Part shown: positions 51,609 to 64,000 of the stretch, one piece after another | How the letters are laid out: each line of letters starts with the position of its first letter | Numbering within the stretch: the stretch's first letter is position 1 | Notes under the pieces: generated by a model | Told to the model about the DNA's origin: nothing | What the model saw: the letters and a program-made list of their open reading frames with translations, nothing else | The model's database searches: none | NCBI GenBank assembly: GCA_001244265.2 | Contig: CDLV01000005.1 | Location: forward strand, 2,480,001 to 2,544,000 | Source: Microbotryum violaceum | Lineage: Eukaryota | Reading direction: 5' to 3' | Length of the DNA: 64,000 bases | Program-made: the position numbers and the translations under genes

Positions 51609-52998
51609 CTTGGTCCATAGCGTCTTCCACGTCCTTAGGAGGTGCTTCTTGGTCTTCGGCTTCTTCGTCGGCCTCGTCGTCGGTGTCGGCGTCATCGGGT
51701 CGGGCTTTGGGCGCGGCTGAGGGCAACGGCGTGGGCGAAGACGGCTCAGGGCTCGGCTCGGAGGCTTCGAGGGCAGGCGCAGTGGGAGGGGCTTCGCGAG
51801 TGGCTGGCTTGGAGAGGGCGGCAATCGACTTGGATCGAGTTATGATCGACTTTGGCGTGGCCGGAGGAGGGCTTGGGGATGGAGAGGTGGTCTCTGAGCT
51901 GGGGGACTCGGAGGATTTTTCAACGAGGGAGTAGGCAATTCCCTGATTGGAGGCAGGCTGGGGGGCAGGAGGAGTGGCAGTTTTGCAAGGGAAATTGAAG
52001 GAGAACTCGGGGCGGGCATTCTTCGACAGAGAATCGGGCTGAGCTCTGTTGGACAGATCTTCAGTCTGGGCAGCCAGATCCCGTTCCACTCGACGTTTTT
52101 TGGTCGTGCGGTCGTGGGCGGAGGCCGGGGAGATCGACTTGGACACGGCGGCGGGGGCGGCGGTGGTAACGGTGTGGGCTTGCGGGGCACGTGACGTGGG
52201 GGGCCCGCAGTGCTGGGTGGCGTGCGAGGTGCTCGCGCAGGACTTGCACGCCGGGGCGACGTGGCAATCCTTACGGACGTGAGCCGCGGAACGGCAGAAG
52301 ACGCAGTGGCGCATACCACCGGTGATCCTCAGTGGGATTCGCTCAGTGACACCGTCACGAGCAATAGAAAGTGAGGCAGGGGGCAAAACATCTACATCCT
52401 TAAGGGCAAGGATAAATTCGTACACCCCAGAGATGTGTTTCGTCTTTCCAATGTATTGGATGCGACGACGGAGGACCGTGCCATAGGCAGCGATCTGCTC
52501 ATCGGATAGGCAGAGGCCCTCGAGGTCGGAGAAAAAGCCCGTAAGGGTGCATTGTACAACACCTCCTCTAGTAGAGCTGTACAGCTTCTCGACTTTGCAC
52601 AGAGTCTTGCCAACAGTGAGGCCGTTGGCCACCAGGGTGTCGAGATCGGCGGCCTTGGGAAAGCGGAGGCCGCGCTGACCCTTGATGACGCATGGCATTG
52701 CGCCGGTAAGGCCAGGGTAGTATTTGTCAAGCGCGAGGAGGACTTGCTCGACCGAGGTTGAGGGTGGGGTGTTGATGATGACACAATTATCGATGTTGTG
52801 CATCAGTGGATGGGCGGCGACGGCAGTCGAGGCGTTGGCGGTGGCGTTTCCGTGCTTCGCAACGGAGCAGGCGCCGACCGCGGCGGAGTATGATTTGGTG
52901 GTGGTGGCGGGGGCTTGGCCGGGAGGATCGGGAGGGTCAGAGCGAAGAGGTGGTATAGCAGCATGGCTGGCGTTGTTGGTGTTGTTGTTGTTGTCCAT
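51592..52998 (-). CDS. LINE ORF1 (gag-like, two zinc knuckles)
   Basis: CVFCRSAAHVRKDC and CKSCASTSHATQHC; intact frame from MDNNNN. Confidence 0.85.
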   Translation of the reverse strand: MDNNNNTNNASHAAIPPLRSDPPDPPGQAPATTTKSYSAAVGACSVAKHGNATANASTAVAAHPLMHNIDNCVIINTPPSTSVEQVLLALDKYYPGLTGAMPCVIKGQRGLRFPKAADLDTLVANGLTVGKTLCKVEKLYSSTRGGVVQCTLTGFFSDLEGLCLSDEQIAAYGTVLRRRIQYIGKTKHISGVYEFILALKDVDVLPPASLSIARDGVTERIPLRITGGMRHCVFCRSAAHVRKDCHVAPACKSCASTSHATQHCGPPTSRAPQAHTVTTAAPAAVSKSISPASAHDRTTKKRRVERDLAAQTEDLSNRAQPDSLSKNARPEFSFNFPCKTATPPAPQPASNQGIAYSLVEKSSESPSSETTSPSPSPPPATPKSIITRSKSIAALSKPATREAPPTAPALEASEPSPEPSSPTPLPSAAPKARPDDADTDDEADEEAEDQEAPPKDVEDAMDQDDEHN

Positions 52999-55150
52999 AC
53001 AATAGGAGTTTCCTTTTTCAAGTCGGCCAAATCGGACAGTTGCCAAGGACCGGGTAATCTCTACCCAAGGACCGCATTAGATCAGATCAGATCTGATCTG
53101 ACGGTAATCTGATCTAATGCGGACCATTTCTCTACCTACTAGGTACTAGACAGAGCTCAGTATTCGTCGTACACAGGGCACGATTGGTCGGTGACCGAAT
53201 TTTTCAAGCTAGGTAGGTTCACACAAATACCTAGAAAGCCAGATACCTACTACACGGGCAACCTTCAACCGCACAGACTCCATGCCATGATGCGGCTATA
53301 ATCCGCAACGGTGACCATCTGCAAAAGCTCGATGTTTTCCGGCTGGATTCCCTATGCAAGGTATTTCAACATTAGCTTTCCAAAAACTGCCAGGGATGGC
53401 AATGTATTCAGAATATGACATGTGAGGTGAAGAGGATACAATTATGGACTCGCGAGCTGAGTGCGCTTCGACCCTTCGCGCATGGTTATAATTTTAGCGT
53501 TTCTGCCCAATACATTGTCATTCCTGGCAATTTCTGACAGGTTGATGTTGAAACATCTTGACTCTCATAGATGCTCCAGCAGGAAAACATCGAGCTTTGT
53601 AGCTGGACAGCCATATGGCCCGTTGCGGATTATAGCCACATGGATTCCGTGCGGTTGAGGGTTGCACGTGGTACGGCGGGGCTGGAATTTAGGTGCACTA
53701 ATTATGCCTCGTTTGGGTGCATACAAATTGGCTCGATCAACGCCGCTCACCCAGGCTCAACTCACCTAAAAGCCGCTTGCACGCGTGAGCTATTTTTAGG
53801 CGAAGTCGAGTCATCAGCCGCGGCTCTAGCTCTTCGTGAGCATCGGAAGGCCGACCCCGGCGTTCATTAGCAGTTCCCATCTGAGTAATGAATCGGCTGA
53901 TATAGGGTTTTAGCAGCCAATGACTTCTGAGAAGAAGGACTTAATCCTCTCGCCGATCGCAAGAGTGGCTACGGATTGAGCCGTCGCTGTCTGTGCGGCC
54001 CGACCGTGCGCATTTGATCTCGGGGCGCCTCTCCTTCCTGCGTGAAAGAGCAACCTTGAAGGTAGACGGGTAATACAGCTCCGGAACATCGCGCGGTTGC
54101 TTCACCCTGTCGTACCTCTCTACTACCTGCGGCGTTTTAGTTCGCCCCTCCCCGGCCACTGGTCTACTCTAGTATACTAGTGCCTAGGTTGGCCGTCAGC
54201 TTCAGTGTCCTCACTGCGCAATGCGCTCCTAGTAGTTGATGACTCGACGGTTGATTTGAGAAGATAGTAGATAAGCGTAATAGTATGGTCACGCGCAAGC
54301 CGAGGCCGACATCACCGATACCGAACCGGTGCCGTGCCACGTGCAGTGGATATCTTGGCAGGTCTGGTAGCACGGCTGCACAGTAGTAGTATATGCCTAT
54401 GAATCCTCCATATTGCCAGGTACATATGACGATCCATTAATGAAAACTCACATGTCGATCTATGTATCTTGGTCACGTGATGCGATACCTGCAGTGGCAT
54501 AGACTGATCCTCTGGCGACGAATTGATCATGATGATCTCGCGCATGTAAAGGACCGACCTCGAGCCCGGGCCGACGTGATCATGACTTCGGGGAGTATTT
54601 ACGGGTACTCGCCACACGTGGTGCCATGTAGCTTCGGCCCGCACATGCCCCACATGGCCAATGTTTTGCATGACCAGACGTCTACTCGAGCCTGAATTTA
54701 TCCGTTCGAGTCTGCGAATAATCACGTTACACCTAAGGACAGCCAACGAATAGTGGTGAGAAGCCCCGCCGTCGGCCGGTCTTGGCTCGCGGTGAAGAAG
54801 AACGCCGGTGCCGTCCGAAGTCGTGCCATAGAGTCACTAGTATGCCCAAGGAATTTGCAGTCACAAAAAAAGAGTAGTACTCCTCCAACTTGTGCGAGTG
54901 GGAGAAGCTCATGCATTCGAGCCCAGTAACAGCGAATGCAATGCTGTCATGATCGATCGGAGTGATTTTTTGGCCAGTCACTAGAGTCACCCGAAAGCTC
55001 GGAGCAGCTCGGAGCTGAATGCGCTCAAGCCCAGCCAGGCTCTAGCCGCAGCGACGGCTTTCCGTCTTCTGAAACTGGCAACTCCGGAGTTCGAGCCTCT
55101 GAGGTTCTTCAAACTCTTGATCAGTCGCACGTCTGCAGTACCTACCTCAC

Positions 55151-58100
55151 ATGGGACCGTCCAAAACCAAAAAAGCGCGAACTGATCACGATCGACCCGA
55201 CAAGATCGAACAGTGGCTTCACGCGTGCGCCGATACAGCGCCCGAGCTGGATGAACTCAACCGTCTGGTTCGACACTTCGCTGGCACCGCCGCTGGCGTT
55301 GGCTCTCTCGGCCGAGACCACGACGTTCGACAGCAGAGCAATGACGAGCGAGGAGTTCGATCACTTCAATCCTCTCAAGCTCTCTCGGACGTCTTGGGTC
55401 AGAAGCTAGAACAAGCAGAGTGCTTGCTGCAGACACTGCAGCTCCGACTCGCTCCTGCCCAACAACGCGCACGCGATGTCAATTCAGAGGGGGACACGAG
55501 GCCCGAGGCGCAAACGGAACGCGGCACCCTAGCCTCATGGCAGGATCGAATCGACGCGATCGGAGTGATGCTGTGGAACAAAGTGACCGAGATGAAAACA
55601 ATGACAGCCTCGGGCACTCAGTATACTCCAAAAATCTCACCGCGGATAGCGCTTCAAATCAAGCCAGACGTCAGCAGTGACTCGCTTCCGCTGCAATGGC
55701 TCAGCATGATCGCCAGAGGTATGTCCTTCACGCATGGTGCGGACAGAACAACATAGCTGAACCCAACTTGAGCATCATAGCTCGTCATCTAGCATACCTC
55801 CTGATTCAACTTGGAACTCCAGAACCGATATCAAGCGAAGGTCGGTCTGCGCGTCAGTGCTGGCGGGCCAGAGCGCGTCATGACAGCGAACTGATCGCTT
55901 AGCATCTCGACCTTCCTCCACAGGGCGAGTGCTCCTTCTGTCGCTTCTTAACAAAATCATTGCCGAGTCTCTATTCACGAAGGGAGAGCAAATCCAACTA
56001 TCCCGCCTTTTCGATGCGGCCGCCACCTACGCGCAAGAAATCCATGTCCCCGCCGTTGCACCCCCATCCAGACCTGACACGACGCCAGACGACGTGCGAG
56101 CTCTCAGTGGTCACTACATTCAGCGGATCGTTTTCGAGTCGCGTCGATCTGCATTTGGCGTCGCGGACTTTATCAAACATCGCTTGGAGTCATTGATTCC
56201 GAGTTGTGGCCCTCGCGAGGCAAGCCAGATTGCACGCTGCAGTTGCCCTGCCCCCGCTCGAGTTTGATGAGTTAACGAGCACGATGTTTGTACCAGCAGG
56301 TCGAGAAGATCGCCCACGGCGCTTTAGATTCCGCCCGTGAAGTGCTCGCTATCGAAAACTCCTCTTCCGCTGCGTTGCAAGATAAAGCAAAGGAGTGGCT
56401 CCTATGGTCGATAGAGCTTGCGGAGGGCATGCGCAGCGAGTCGGCGCGTGCGATCAAGGTCGGCATACGATGGCAGCACTTTTTTCCAAAATGACGCTAA
56501 TGAAACTAAACTTACGTAGATCGCGAGCCTCAGTCTGCTTACCCAGATCCACACCCGTACCCAGTCATGGCGCGAAGCGGAAGAGGTGGTAGCTCAGATG
56601 TTGGTGAGGACTGCACCTTCAGCATGGGTTCTCAGGTTTAGGCGATGGTTGACACCTCTTCTTCGTTGTGAAGACTATCGAGGCGACCCCAGCCATGTGG
56701 CTGCGTATGATCCGGTTGATGTTGGAACGTGACGCTGGCGAAGGGGAATTGGGCCAGGGTGAGCAAGCTCGCGCCAGTAGGCACCATACTTGCCGGATGC
56801 TGACTGACCATCCCGTGCGTTTCCTAGCATTCGGACAAGCCACAACTGCAATAGTCACCTGGTGTAACGAGGGCGACTTGGAGAAGAACAGTGTTCGGTC
56901 AGTCTCAGGGGGTTTGAAACGCACAATCGCGTAAACATTTCACTGACGAGGTTTGGGTTTGGGGCAGACTATCAGCGGCCGCTCAGAGATATCATGATAC
57001 GCAGTGAGAACATCTCATCCTTCTATACTGTAATTAAAAGAGATTATGACTTATCTTCCGTTTGTAAAATCACACAGTCACAGACCAGACTTCGCCATGT
57101 TCAAGAAAATAGTCACGAACTTGCGCTCGCCTGCTGATGAAGCGACGTCCCGGATCATCCGACAAATTGCAATGACGGTGACGGTGCACTCGCGGAGCGC
57201 CGATCAAACCTTAGTGACAAGTCTTTTCCAGGACATCTCGACTCGTGAGCTGCCCCTCTGTCTTCCACTGAACGGGTGTTGCGAGAAGCGCGCTAAACGT
57301 TTGCACTGATGCTCACAGATCTCGGCGAAGCATTCACCCTCTCCGCCGACTCTGCGTTCGTGGCCACCACTTATTTCTGGCGTCATGGGGACCACGAGCG
57401 GGCAAAGGGGGCTTTCTTCGAAGCAGCGGAATGGTACAGACTGAGCTTGCATCCATTGTTGAAGGAAATTGGAGGAGTGGTCGAGGCCAAGTCAATGAGG
57501 TCGGTCCATTGAAGACTGTAGGCTCGCGGAGTAGCGAGTAGTGCGCTGAGTTGCTTATACTCGCAACGCCCCTGTTCATTACCAGGAAAGCGGTATTGTG
57601 TTATCTGGAGATCCGGGACTTTGTTCGGGCCGAGCAAACCATGAACCTGCGCCCGGATCGCCCTCCGGACGCCAGAGATTGTTTCATTCGCTACTTTCAT
57701 GCCACGCTAAGACAGGATGTCGACCAAGGTCAGTAACTGCAAGTAAGGAGCGAGATGAGACCCGGATTCACGCGCCTATCTCGTTCACCACTCAGCAAAA
57801 CAAGCTCTCGATAAAATGATCAAAGCGCCGGACTTTCGATACGCTCTTTTGCTTTGGGCATCCAAAGTCGCCAATGAATCGGGGATCACTGCCCTCTCCA
57901 CTGCCGTACTCCAGGCTTTGCTAGATGTCTATAGGCGAGGAGAAGGAGAGAGTACCCAGAACGAAATGTTGACTACCGTACGGTATGTCGGGTGAAGGGG
58001 TGTAATGAGGTTTCTACTGCATCACTGACTGACACGCTACCACTCTTCTCTGTTGAGATAGGAGCCTCATTCGATTGCTCGCTTCACGGTTAGCGTCTGA

Positions 58101-59613
58101 GCCCGACTCGGGGTACGTCACGGATTGAAGCTCGTGCGAATCCAGAAGGTGAAGCTTATGGAATACCGCCAATCTAAGGCTTTCGCTGGCGCGATTGATC
58201 ACATCAGAGTTCGTGGCGGCGGCTGACATTGTCCGGGAGTCGTTCGGAAAAGATATGTCCACTGTCGACAAAGACATAACTTGGCTCCTCAAAACCGGTA
58301 CTATCCTTAGCCTCTAGCATTCTACAAAACATGTCGAGCTGAGGCTTTGTTGTATGATTTCATCAGGGTACAATCTCTGCGCCACCTACAGCTCTCGTTG
58401 GCCAGCCCAGGTGATCACACCGATGTACGAAGCAGTCGCCCGTCTTGGGGATCTCAAGCTCGAGAGCGGGAGTGTAGAAGACCCCAAGCTCAAAAGGTCG
58501 ATTGTGTTTTGTCGCGTTGCTACTCTTTCTGGCTTGCTCGCTCAAGCCCGATCAGCGACGAGCGCCTCCGATCAGGTGAGGCCTACGTGAGTTCGACGAC
58601 GAAGCGTGTTACTGACCTGGACTTGTCGTCTCTAGTCCAAGTTATACTCCAAGCTACTGCGAGATACGCAGGAGATTGCCCAATCAGTACCTTCGCTCAG
58701 TGAAAAGAGCGACGATGTGGCGACCTCGGCACTGCTCGTTTTCGAAGTCGAAGCGAGGAGCGGCCTAGGCGATTGGGGGAACGTCGAAGCGCTCTTCTCT
58801 GTAAGTCCAGATGGGCGGTGAAGACTTGAATCAACTGAATTTAGCTTAATACGCCAACAGAGATTGACGTCAGCTAAAGAGCCCACCGTGTCTCTGAGCG
58901 CTATCAAATTGATCACAGCTCAAGCAATCGGCAGCGACGACTGCGCACCAGATGTGCTCGGCTCGATTCTCGAGAAGACGCTTCATACACTGTTCTACAG
59001 GAAGGATCTTGACAGGTGGGTTGCACTACACTCAATCATCAGGAAACAAATAACCTCTCACTCTCTAATCTTGCAGCACGACTCTGGGGGCTTGGCTGCG
59101 GGTGATGATTTCGTCCCTCCTCGCAAGCGCTCCTGGACAGGCATTGACTTACGTCAAGCACGCGCTCACATTCGTGAAAACATTGGTCAGTCATTACCAG
59201 TGTGAAATAACCGGGGTACAGACAGCTGATCACCGACAACTCCTCTCAGACTGGCTATCCGTGCGACGAGGTTCAATGGCTGGTGGCTACGACGTGGGAT
59301 AGGGGTCAGTCATCCAAGACCCTCGCCAGCACACTCTACCCAGGACCTCGCTGAGCGTTTTTTGGTGCAGGTTTGGATTTGTTTTCGGTGCGAGACCTCG
59401 AGCCTGCGGAGGAGTGGTGCCAACTCGCTGTCGAACTTGCGCAGTGTATCGACGAGAACCAGACTGCTATGGTGAGTTCGGGCAACCCGCTCGCAGTCTT
59501 TACCGAATTGACGTTGACATGGATCCTTTTCATATAAACAGCTCTCGCGATCATTGGAACAACTTCGAATGAGGATGCGCGCGTTCGCCTCCACGGATTC
59601 TGACCTGGGCTGA
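55151..59613 (+). CDS. SPO22: Meiotic ZMM TPR protein Spo22/Zip4 (TEX11-like), many short introns
   Basis: IDAIGVMLWNKVT, TYFWRHGDHERAKGAFFEAAEWYRLSLH, ITWLLKT.YNL, C-terminal YPCDEVQWLVATTWDRG..AEEWCQLAVELA. These motifs fit the Spo22/TEX11 family. Confidence 0.75.
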
Positions 59614-59954
59614 GGTTTCCTTCTGCGCTAGGAGTTTTTGCTGGTGGCTTGTTCCCGGAGTAAAGTTTTAGAAGATACGCGCATTGCGGGAGGTCATACT
59701 TTTCACGTCGTCTAATTCAGTAGTCCGTGATACGATGCCTGCGTTCGATAGATGGATGTGTGGCGTGCTACGCCCGCACTGGCCCGAGCTCGTCTTTCTT
59801 TCGAATGCAGAGTAGCATAGTGATGACGTGATTATACAACAAATGAAAGGTGCAAAACAAGATATCAGAAATATACATTGGAGATATAAAGGAAGATGCG
59901 TGAAACACGAAAACCTAACGAGCGACGACTCATCGCCCTGATCACTCCACTCGA

Positions 59955-60052
59955 CTACCTCCACTGATCCCCATTCATCATCGAAGTCCCCTGCTGCTGT
60001 TGCTGTTGCCGTTGCCGTTGCCGTTGCTGTTGCTGCTGCTGTTGCTTCTGTT

Positions 60053-60101
<49 letters not shown>

Positions 60102-62664
60102 AGGATACTGTCCATTCATCATCAGGAAAGGGTTCGTACCCGATCTTTGAGGGGTCAAGCCTCCCATCCCAATTGGTTGTTGCTGTTGCTGGGCAAATAA
60201 ATGATTGAAGCCCGAGTTTGGGTGCAAGTACTGTTGCGGATTTTGCGGTGATTGTTGTTGTTGTTGTTGTTGATACGTCAGCGCAGGTAAAGCTGTTTGC
60301 AAGCTCGTCATCGTGTAAGGGTCTTGAGGATTCGTCGTCGAATAAGTCTGCCCATTCGCGTTCGTATTCCCCTTCCCGTTCTCGGACATTGAAGAGTGTT
60401 GGAAAGGGCTTGACGTCGTCGAAATTGAGAAGCCTTGTACGGTTGATGAATGAGCGGGTGAAAACATCGGAGCGGGAGAAGGAGGTCCTGATCTTCCTCC
60501 GTTACCGTTGCTGTAGGCCGCGAAATGAGGTTGGGGAGGTTGGAGACCATGTCCATTGATGTTCCCCTTCCCATTCGAGGGATTGAGCCCGCCGCTGGGA
60601 GAGGATCCCAATCCACCCAGTTTTTGAGAATTCTCCTGAGCGAGTTCCAAGCCGAATTTGGACGAAGGCACAAATCCCGTCAATTGAGGACGAAGAGGCG
60701 CGACCGAAGGCCCTCCCGCAGGGGAAGGAAGACCAAAACTTGACGTCGGAGTCGATAGGAAAGTGGGTTGAAACGTCGTTGGGGTCGATGCCTGCGAGAT
60801 ATTTTGCTTCGCAGAACCCTCGACGAGGAGTTGTTTGCCAAAATCGGAGGAGGGAATGAAACCCGTCAGTTGAGGGCGTAGAGGGGCGTGTGTCGCAGGA
60901 GTCGTGGGCTGTGAGGTAGGGAAGGTGTTCGAAGTACCGGACCCTGTCTGGAGGGTCAGACTCGGTTGGAAAGTAAAGGGATTGGATGAAGGCGGGGCTT
61001 GTGGCGGGGGTTGAGGATGGTAGCCATTCATATTGTTCGTAGGACCGACGTTGTTGGATCCGATCGAGCCGAGCATGCCAAGATCGTCCCAGATCGAACC
61101 CTGTGAAGGGGCGACTTGGGTTTGAGTATAAGAAGCCGATTGCTGACTGGATTGAGGACCATGCCGAAAGGGTGATGGATAGGTCGAGGATCCGTTAAAT
61201 GGGTTGTATGCTTGCTGCTGCTGGGGCTGTTGCTGAGGTTGCTGCCGCTGGGGTTGCTGTTGGGGATAAGATTGCTGCGGCTGCTGCTGATGCGGATTCC
61301 ACATCTGACCAAACGGATTGGTATTGCCGGTCGTTTGATTCGATAATGAGTGTTGTAGCGGCGGCATCTGATAAGCAGCTCCATTGGGTTGACCATACCC
61401 CATCACACCTGGTCCTCGTTGCGTATTGTACGCGATCGCACTGCCCGTATGCATCGGCACCAATCGTTGGGCTATAGGAAACGTCGTCATGGGAGGGTCG
61501 TCCTCGTCATCATCGTCCTCATCGGGTGGCATATAGCTGAAGAAACTCGACCCGAACCGATTTGTCGTCGTCCCATTGACGTTGGAAACCGACAACGCGC
61601 TGGTCGATGAAGCACCCCCGTATTCGTTCCCATTACTGAGCCCACGACGAGCCCGTAAGATCCCCTTTGCAGGAGCTTTCCGGTCGCGTGCAGGTGAAGG
61701 GGTTCTTGTCAGGGGTTTGTCGTCGTCGAGGTAAGGTATGGAGAGGGATTCGGAACGGAACCGTACGCGCTTGGATGCGTGATCGGGCGAAGGGGCCGTT
61801 CGACCTCCCGCTGGCTTGGAGGGTCCGGGAGGGGTCGACACCCTGACGACGGGGGGAGGACCCGTCGATGATCTTGGGCGCGACATCGAGTTTGGTACTG
61901 ATAACGTTGTTGGAGATGGGCCAGATGACGGAGGTGGCGGATTCACAGTGGGCCTGTCCACTGCTGACACATCGGGTGTCGTCCTGAGCCGAGCGGGAGT
62001 CGAAGTCGGAACGACAGCCGGTGGTGGTGGTGGAGCTGGTGTTGCTTGCGGTGCCGATGGTCGCATGAACTCTTTGTACTCGTACTTGGCCCTAATGAAG
62101 CGTTCCAGAGCTGATTCGCGTTCATTCGAATCGAGTGATGACGGTGGACTGTTTCAGAGCCAAAGCGCACTTGTCTCAGCACCGCGGATTCTGCACTCTT
62201 ACCCCCACGACGAGGACCCATCTCGATGGGAACGTACGAATTCATATTCGGGTCCGGATTGAGCAAAGCGTTGGACTTGATGTTGCCCCTGGCTCGCATG
62301 TGGGCGACCTGTTCCTTGGACCACACGTCGAGGGTGAGGGACTTGACTCGGCTGATGTGGGTGCCCATCTTGCGATGCAGGCCTGCACATTGTACGCAGA
62401 GAAAGACACCTGAAGATGATCGTACAAGGTCGAGGGGTGCAGAGATGAAGTGTTGGCGCCCAAGAAGCAAAGTTGACGATTTCGAAAAGTCAGCTCGGTC
62501 TCGGCTTCAGACACCCGGCAGTAGGATTGAGCACACTAACCATGATCCCACGATGCCCATCTCGGATTACTAGCTCTACAATCCGCACACTCCTGATTGC
62601 CCGGTTCATGGAGCAGTTCGAGCAGTTGACGCTGGGTACGATCGGCGGCGGTCTTGGATGACAT
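59955..62664 (-). CDS. ArfGAP-domain protein (Gts1/SMAP-like) with NPF motifs and polyQ C-terminus
   Basis: EPGNQECADCRASNPRWASWDH|GVFLCVQCAGLHRKMGTHISRVKSLTLDVW..GNIKSN..ERFIRAKYE; repeated PLRPQLTGF and NPF. Confidence 0.9.
59992..60100 (-). repeat. CAG/CAA trinucleotide tract encoding polyQ
   Basis: Plus strand (TGC/TGT)n, about 36 codons with a few K/R interruptions. Confidence 0.95.
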
Positions 62665-63174
62665 GGCAGGACCGCGTTATGGCCGATGTGGCGGTAGACA
62701 AGAACCGGGGCCTGCCTTGCGCGTCGTTTCGAGTTGGGGCTCAGTTGAGGTGGAGCATGTAGACGCCAGTCTTTGAGGTCGAGCTTATGATGCAGGTGAC
62801 TGCGAGGCTGAATGAGAGTGGACTCAGTAGCTGACTCGACAGGAAACACCGGCCGAACGCCGAACGCCGACGTGCGCCGTGGCCCGTAGACGGAGGATGA
62901 TCGCGAAGGCCGATCGCCCGCAGCGGCACGGAGGCAGTGGGAACAGTGCAAGTGTAGTATAGCATACACAGACTCACAACTGTACTGATCGTGCGTGGTT
63001 AATCTCACGAGCGGTACTGAGCCTTATCCACTCTGTCCAGTCGAGACGCAAGTGCGGACCAGAGACAAGAAGCAGCAAGAAGCGCGCCCGGATCAACGAA
63101 ACGAACGAACGACCGACTTTGGCGCTGAGCCTGTCAGCTTCCCTTCTCTCCCGTAACACCATCCCCAGCGCACC

Positions 63175-63856
63175 ATGGACCGCTCGACACTCAGTTCAGA
63201 CCCAGCCTTCGTGGTCGGTCACCCGCATGCCCTTTTCACAGTATGTTCCCCACTACGCCCCGAGCTGACCCCTCCCTCTCTCCCCCCACACACTCTCCAT
63301 CTCCACAGCAAGGCCTCGAGTCCATCTTGGCACCTTACAGAGCCAACGGCGCATCAGAGCACGAGATAGAGCAACTCTCGCAGAGGGCATTCGAATTTTA
63401 CCAACGGCAACAACAACAGTCATCCTCCGCAGCCGAGTTCGCTCAGCAAGAGGCCCAGCAGGAGCGCGGTGCAGCAGGGTCAGTGGTATGCATCCCATAC
63501 GGTGTGTTCGTGCAACTGATCGTTTCCTCGACCTTTGCAGCTCCTCGGATCAAGTCATTGCTTCAGGTGTGTCTTGCTCGTCCCACGACCCCACCTCCGC
63601 CTCCGCAGCACCAGCACCCGCATCCACATCTACACCTTCTACGCAGTCGAATCAGTCAACCCTGCCTACCTCCAGCACTTCCTCTCCCACCCCCGACAAC
63701 CCCCCTTACCCCATCTCATTCACCCAACTCGCGTCACTGATCGCGTCCGGCGCTCCGATCCCGGGCATCAAGGACATTCCCGATCGCTTGAACGAAGGGG
63801 AACCCACTCCGAGTCAGGTCGACCTCAGTGCGGTCAAGAAACCTTGGGAGAAGTGA
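63175..63856 (+). CDS. PEX39: PEX39-like (DUF5572 / KPWE-motif) peroxisomal PTS2-import factor, 2 introns
   Basis: Spliced MDRSTLSSDPAFV|QGLESIL..AFEFYQR; C-terminal PYPISFTQLASLIASGAPIPGIKDIPD..KKPWEK*. Confidence 0.75.
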
Positions 63857-64000
63857 GCGTTGCGATCGTAAGGGAGAAACTGCGTTCCGGAGCTGAGCGC
63901 GTGTCGGTGGATCACGTGAGCGGCCTTACGCGGGAGCGAATTGAGACGTATGGCCAAGGGGGTCGAACTAAGCATGAGTCATACCATAGGCATACAAACA

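Larger units (their letters stand above)
48318..53130 (-). mobile_element. L1/Tx1-like non-LTR retrotransposon, near full length but disrupted
   Basis: ORF1 with CCHC knuckles; ORF2 with APE endonuclease, RT (GVRQGDSLAP, LLFADD, YLGI) and C-terminal CxxC..H..C; A-rich tail read as a T-run at 48318-48337. Confidence 0.92.

Noticed and set aside
53200-55100. Region between the LINE and SPO22 with scattered ORFs; LINE target-site duplication sought here
   Set aside because: No coding signal recognised and no convincing TSD match to the 48301-48317 flank.
1-64000. CRISPR arrays, rRNA, tRNA, mating-type pheromone/receptor or HD genes
   Set aside because: None seen in the window.

Overview
Intron-rich fungal genomic DNA. 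Gene style, GTGCGC/GTTCGC-type donors and TE content suggest a Pucciniomycotina basidiomycete, possibly Microbotryum-like (inference). Recognisable genes: ESF1 (partial), glucosidase I (CWH41), TBP (SPT15), BET bromodomain BDF1, HECT ligase TOM1, an OCRE/FHA/G-patch AGGF1-like gene, pyridoxal kinase BUD16, IMP dehydrogenase with an intronic snR54-like C/D snoRNA, a MATA-type HMG-box factor, SPO22/ZIP4, an ArfGAP with a polyQ tail, and a KPWE-motif PEX39-like gene. Mobile DNA: two Helitron pieces, a near-full but decayed L1/Tx1-like LINE and older LINE remnants. Three observations stand out. (1) The pyridoxal kinase reading frame needs a single-nucleotide exon (G at 37751), which is served by a distant branch point and a ~130-nt AG-free zone. 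(2) Two complementary, colinear halves of one Helitron ORF share an exact 40-bp overlap and bracket a 31.9-kb block of host genes. (3) The TOM1 start codon appears to be assembled by splicing (A|TG). All calls are by eye from sequence, and no database searches were run.
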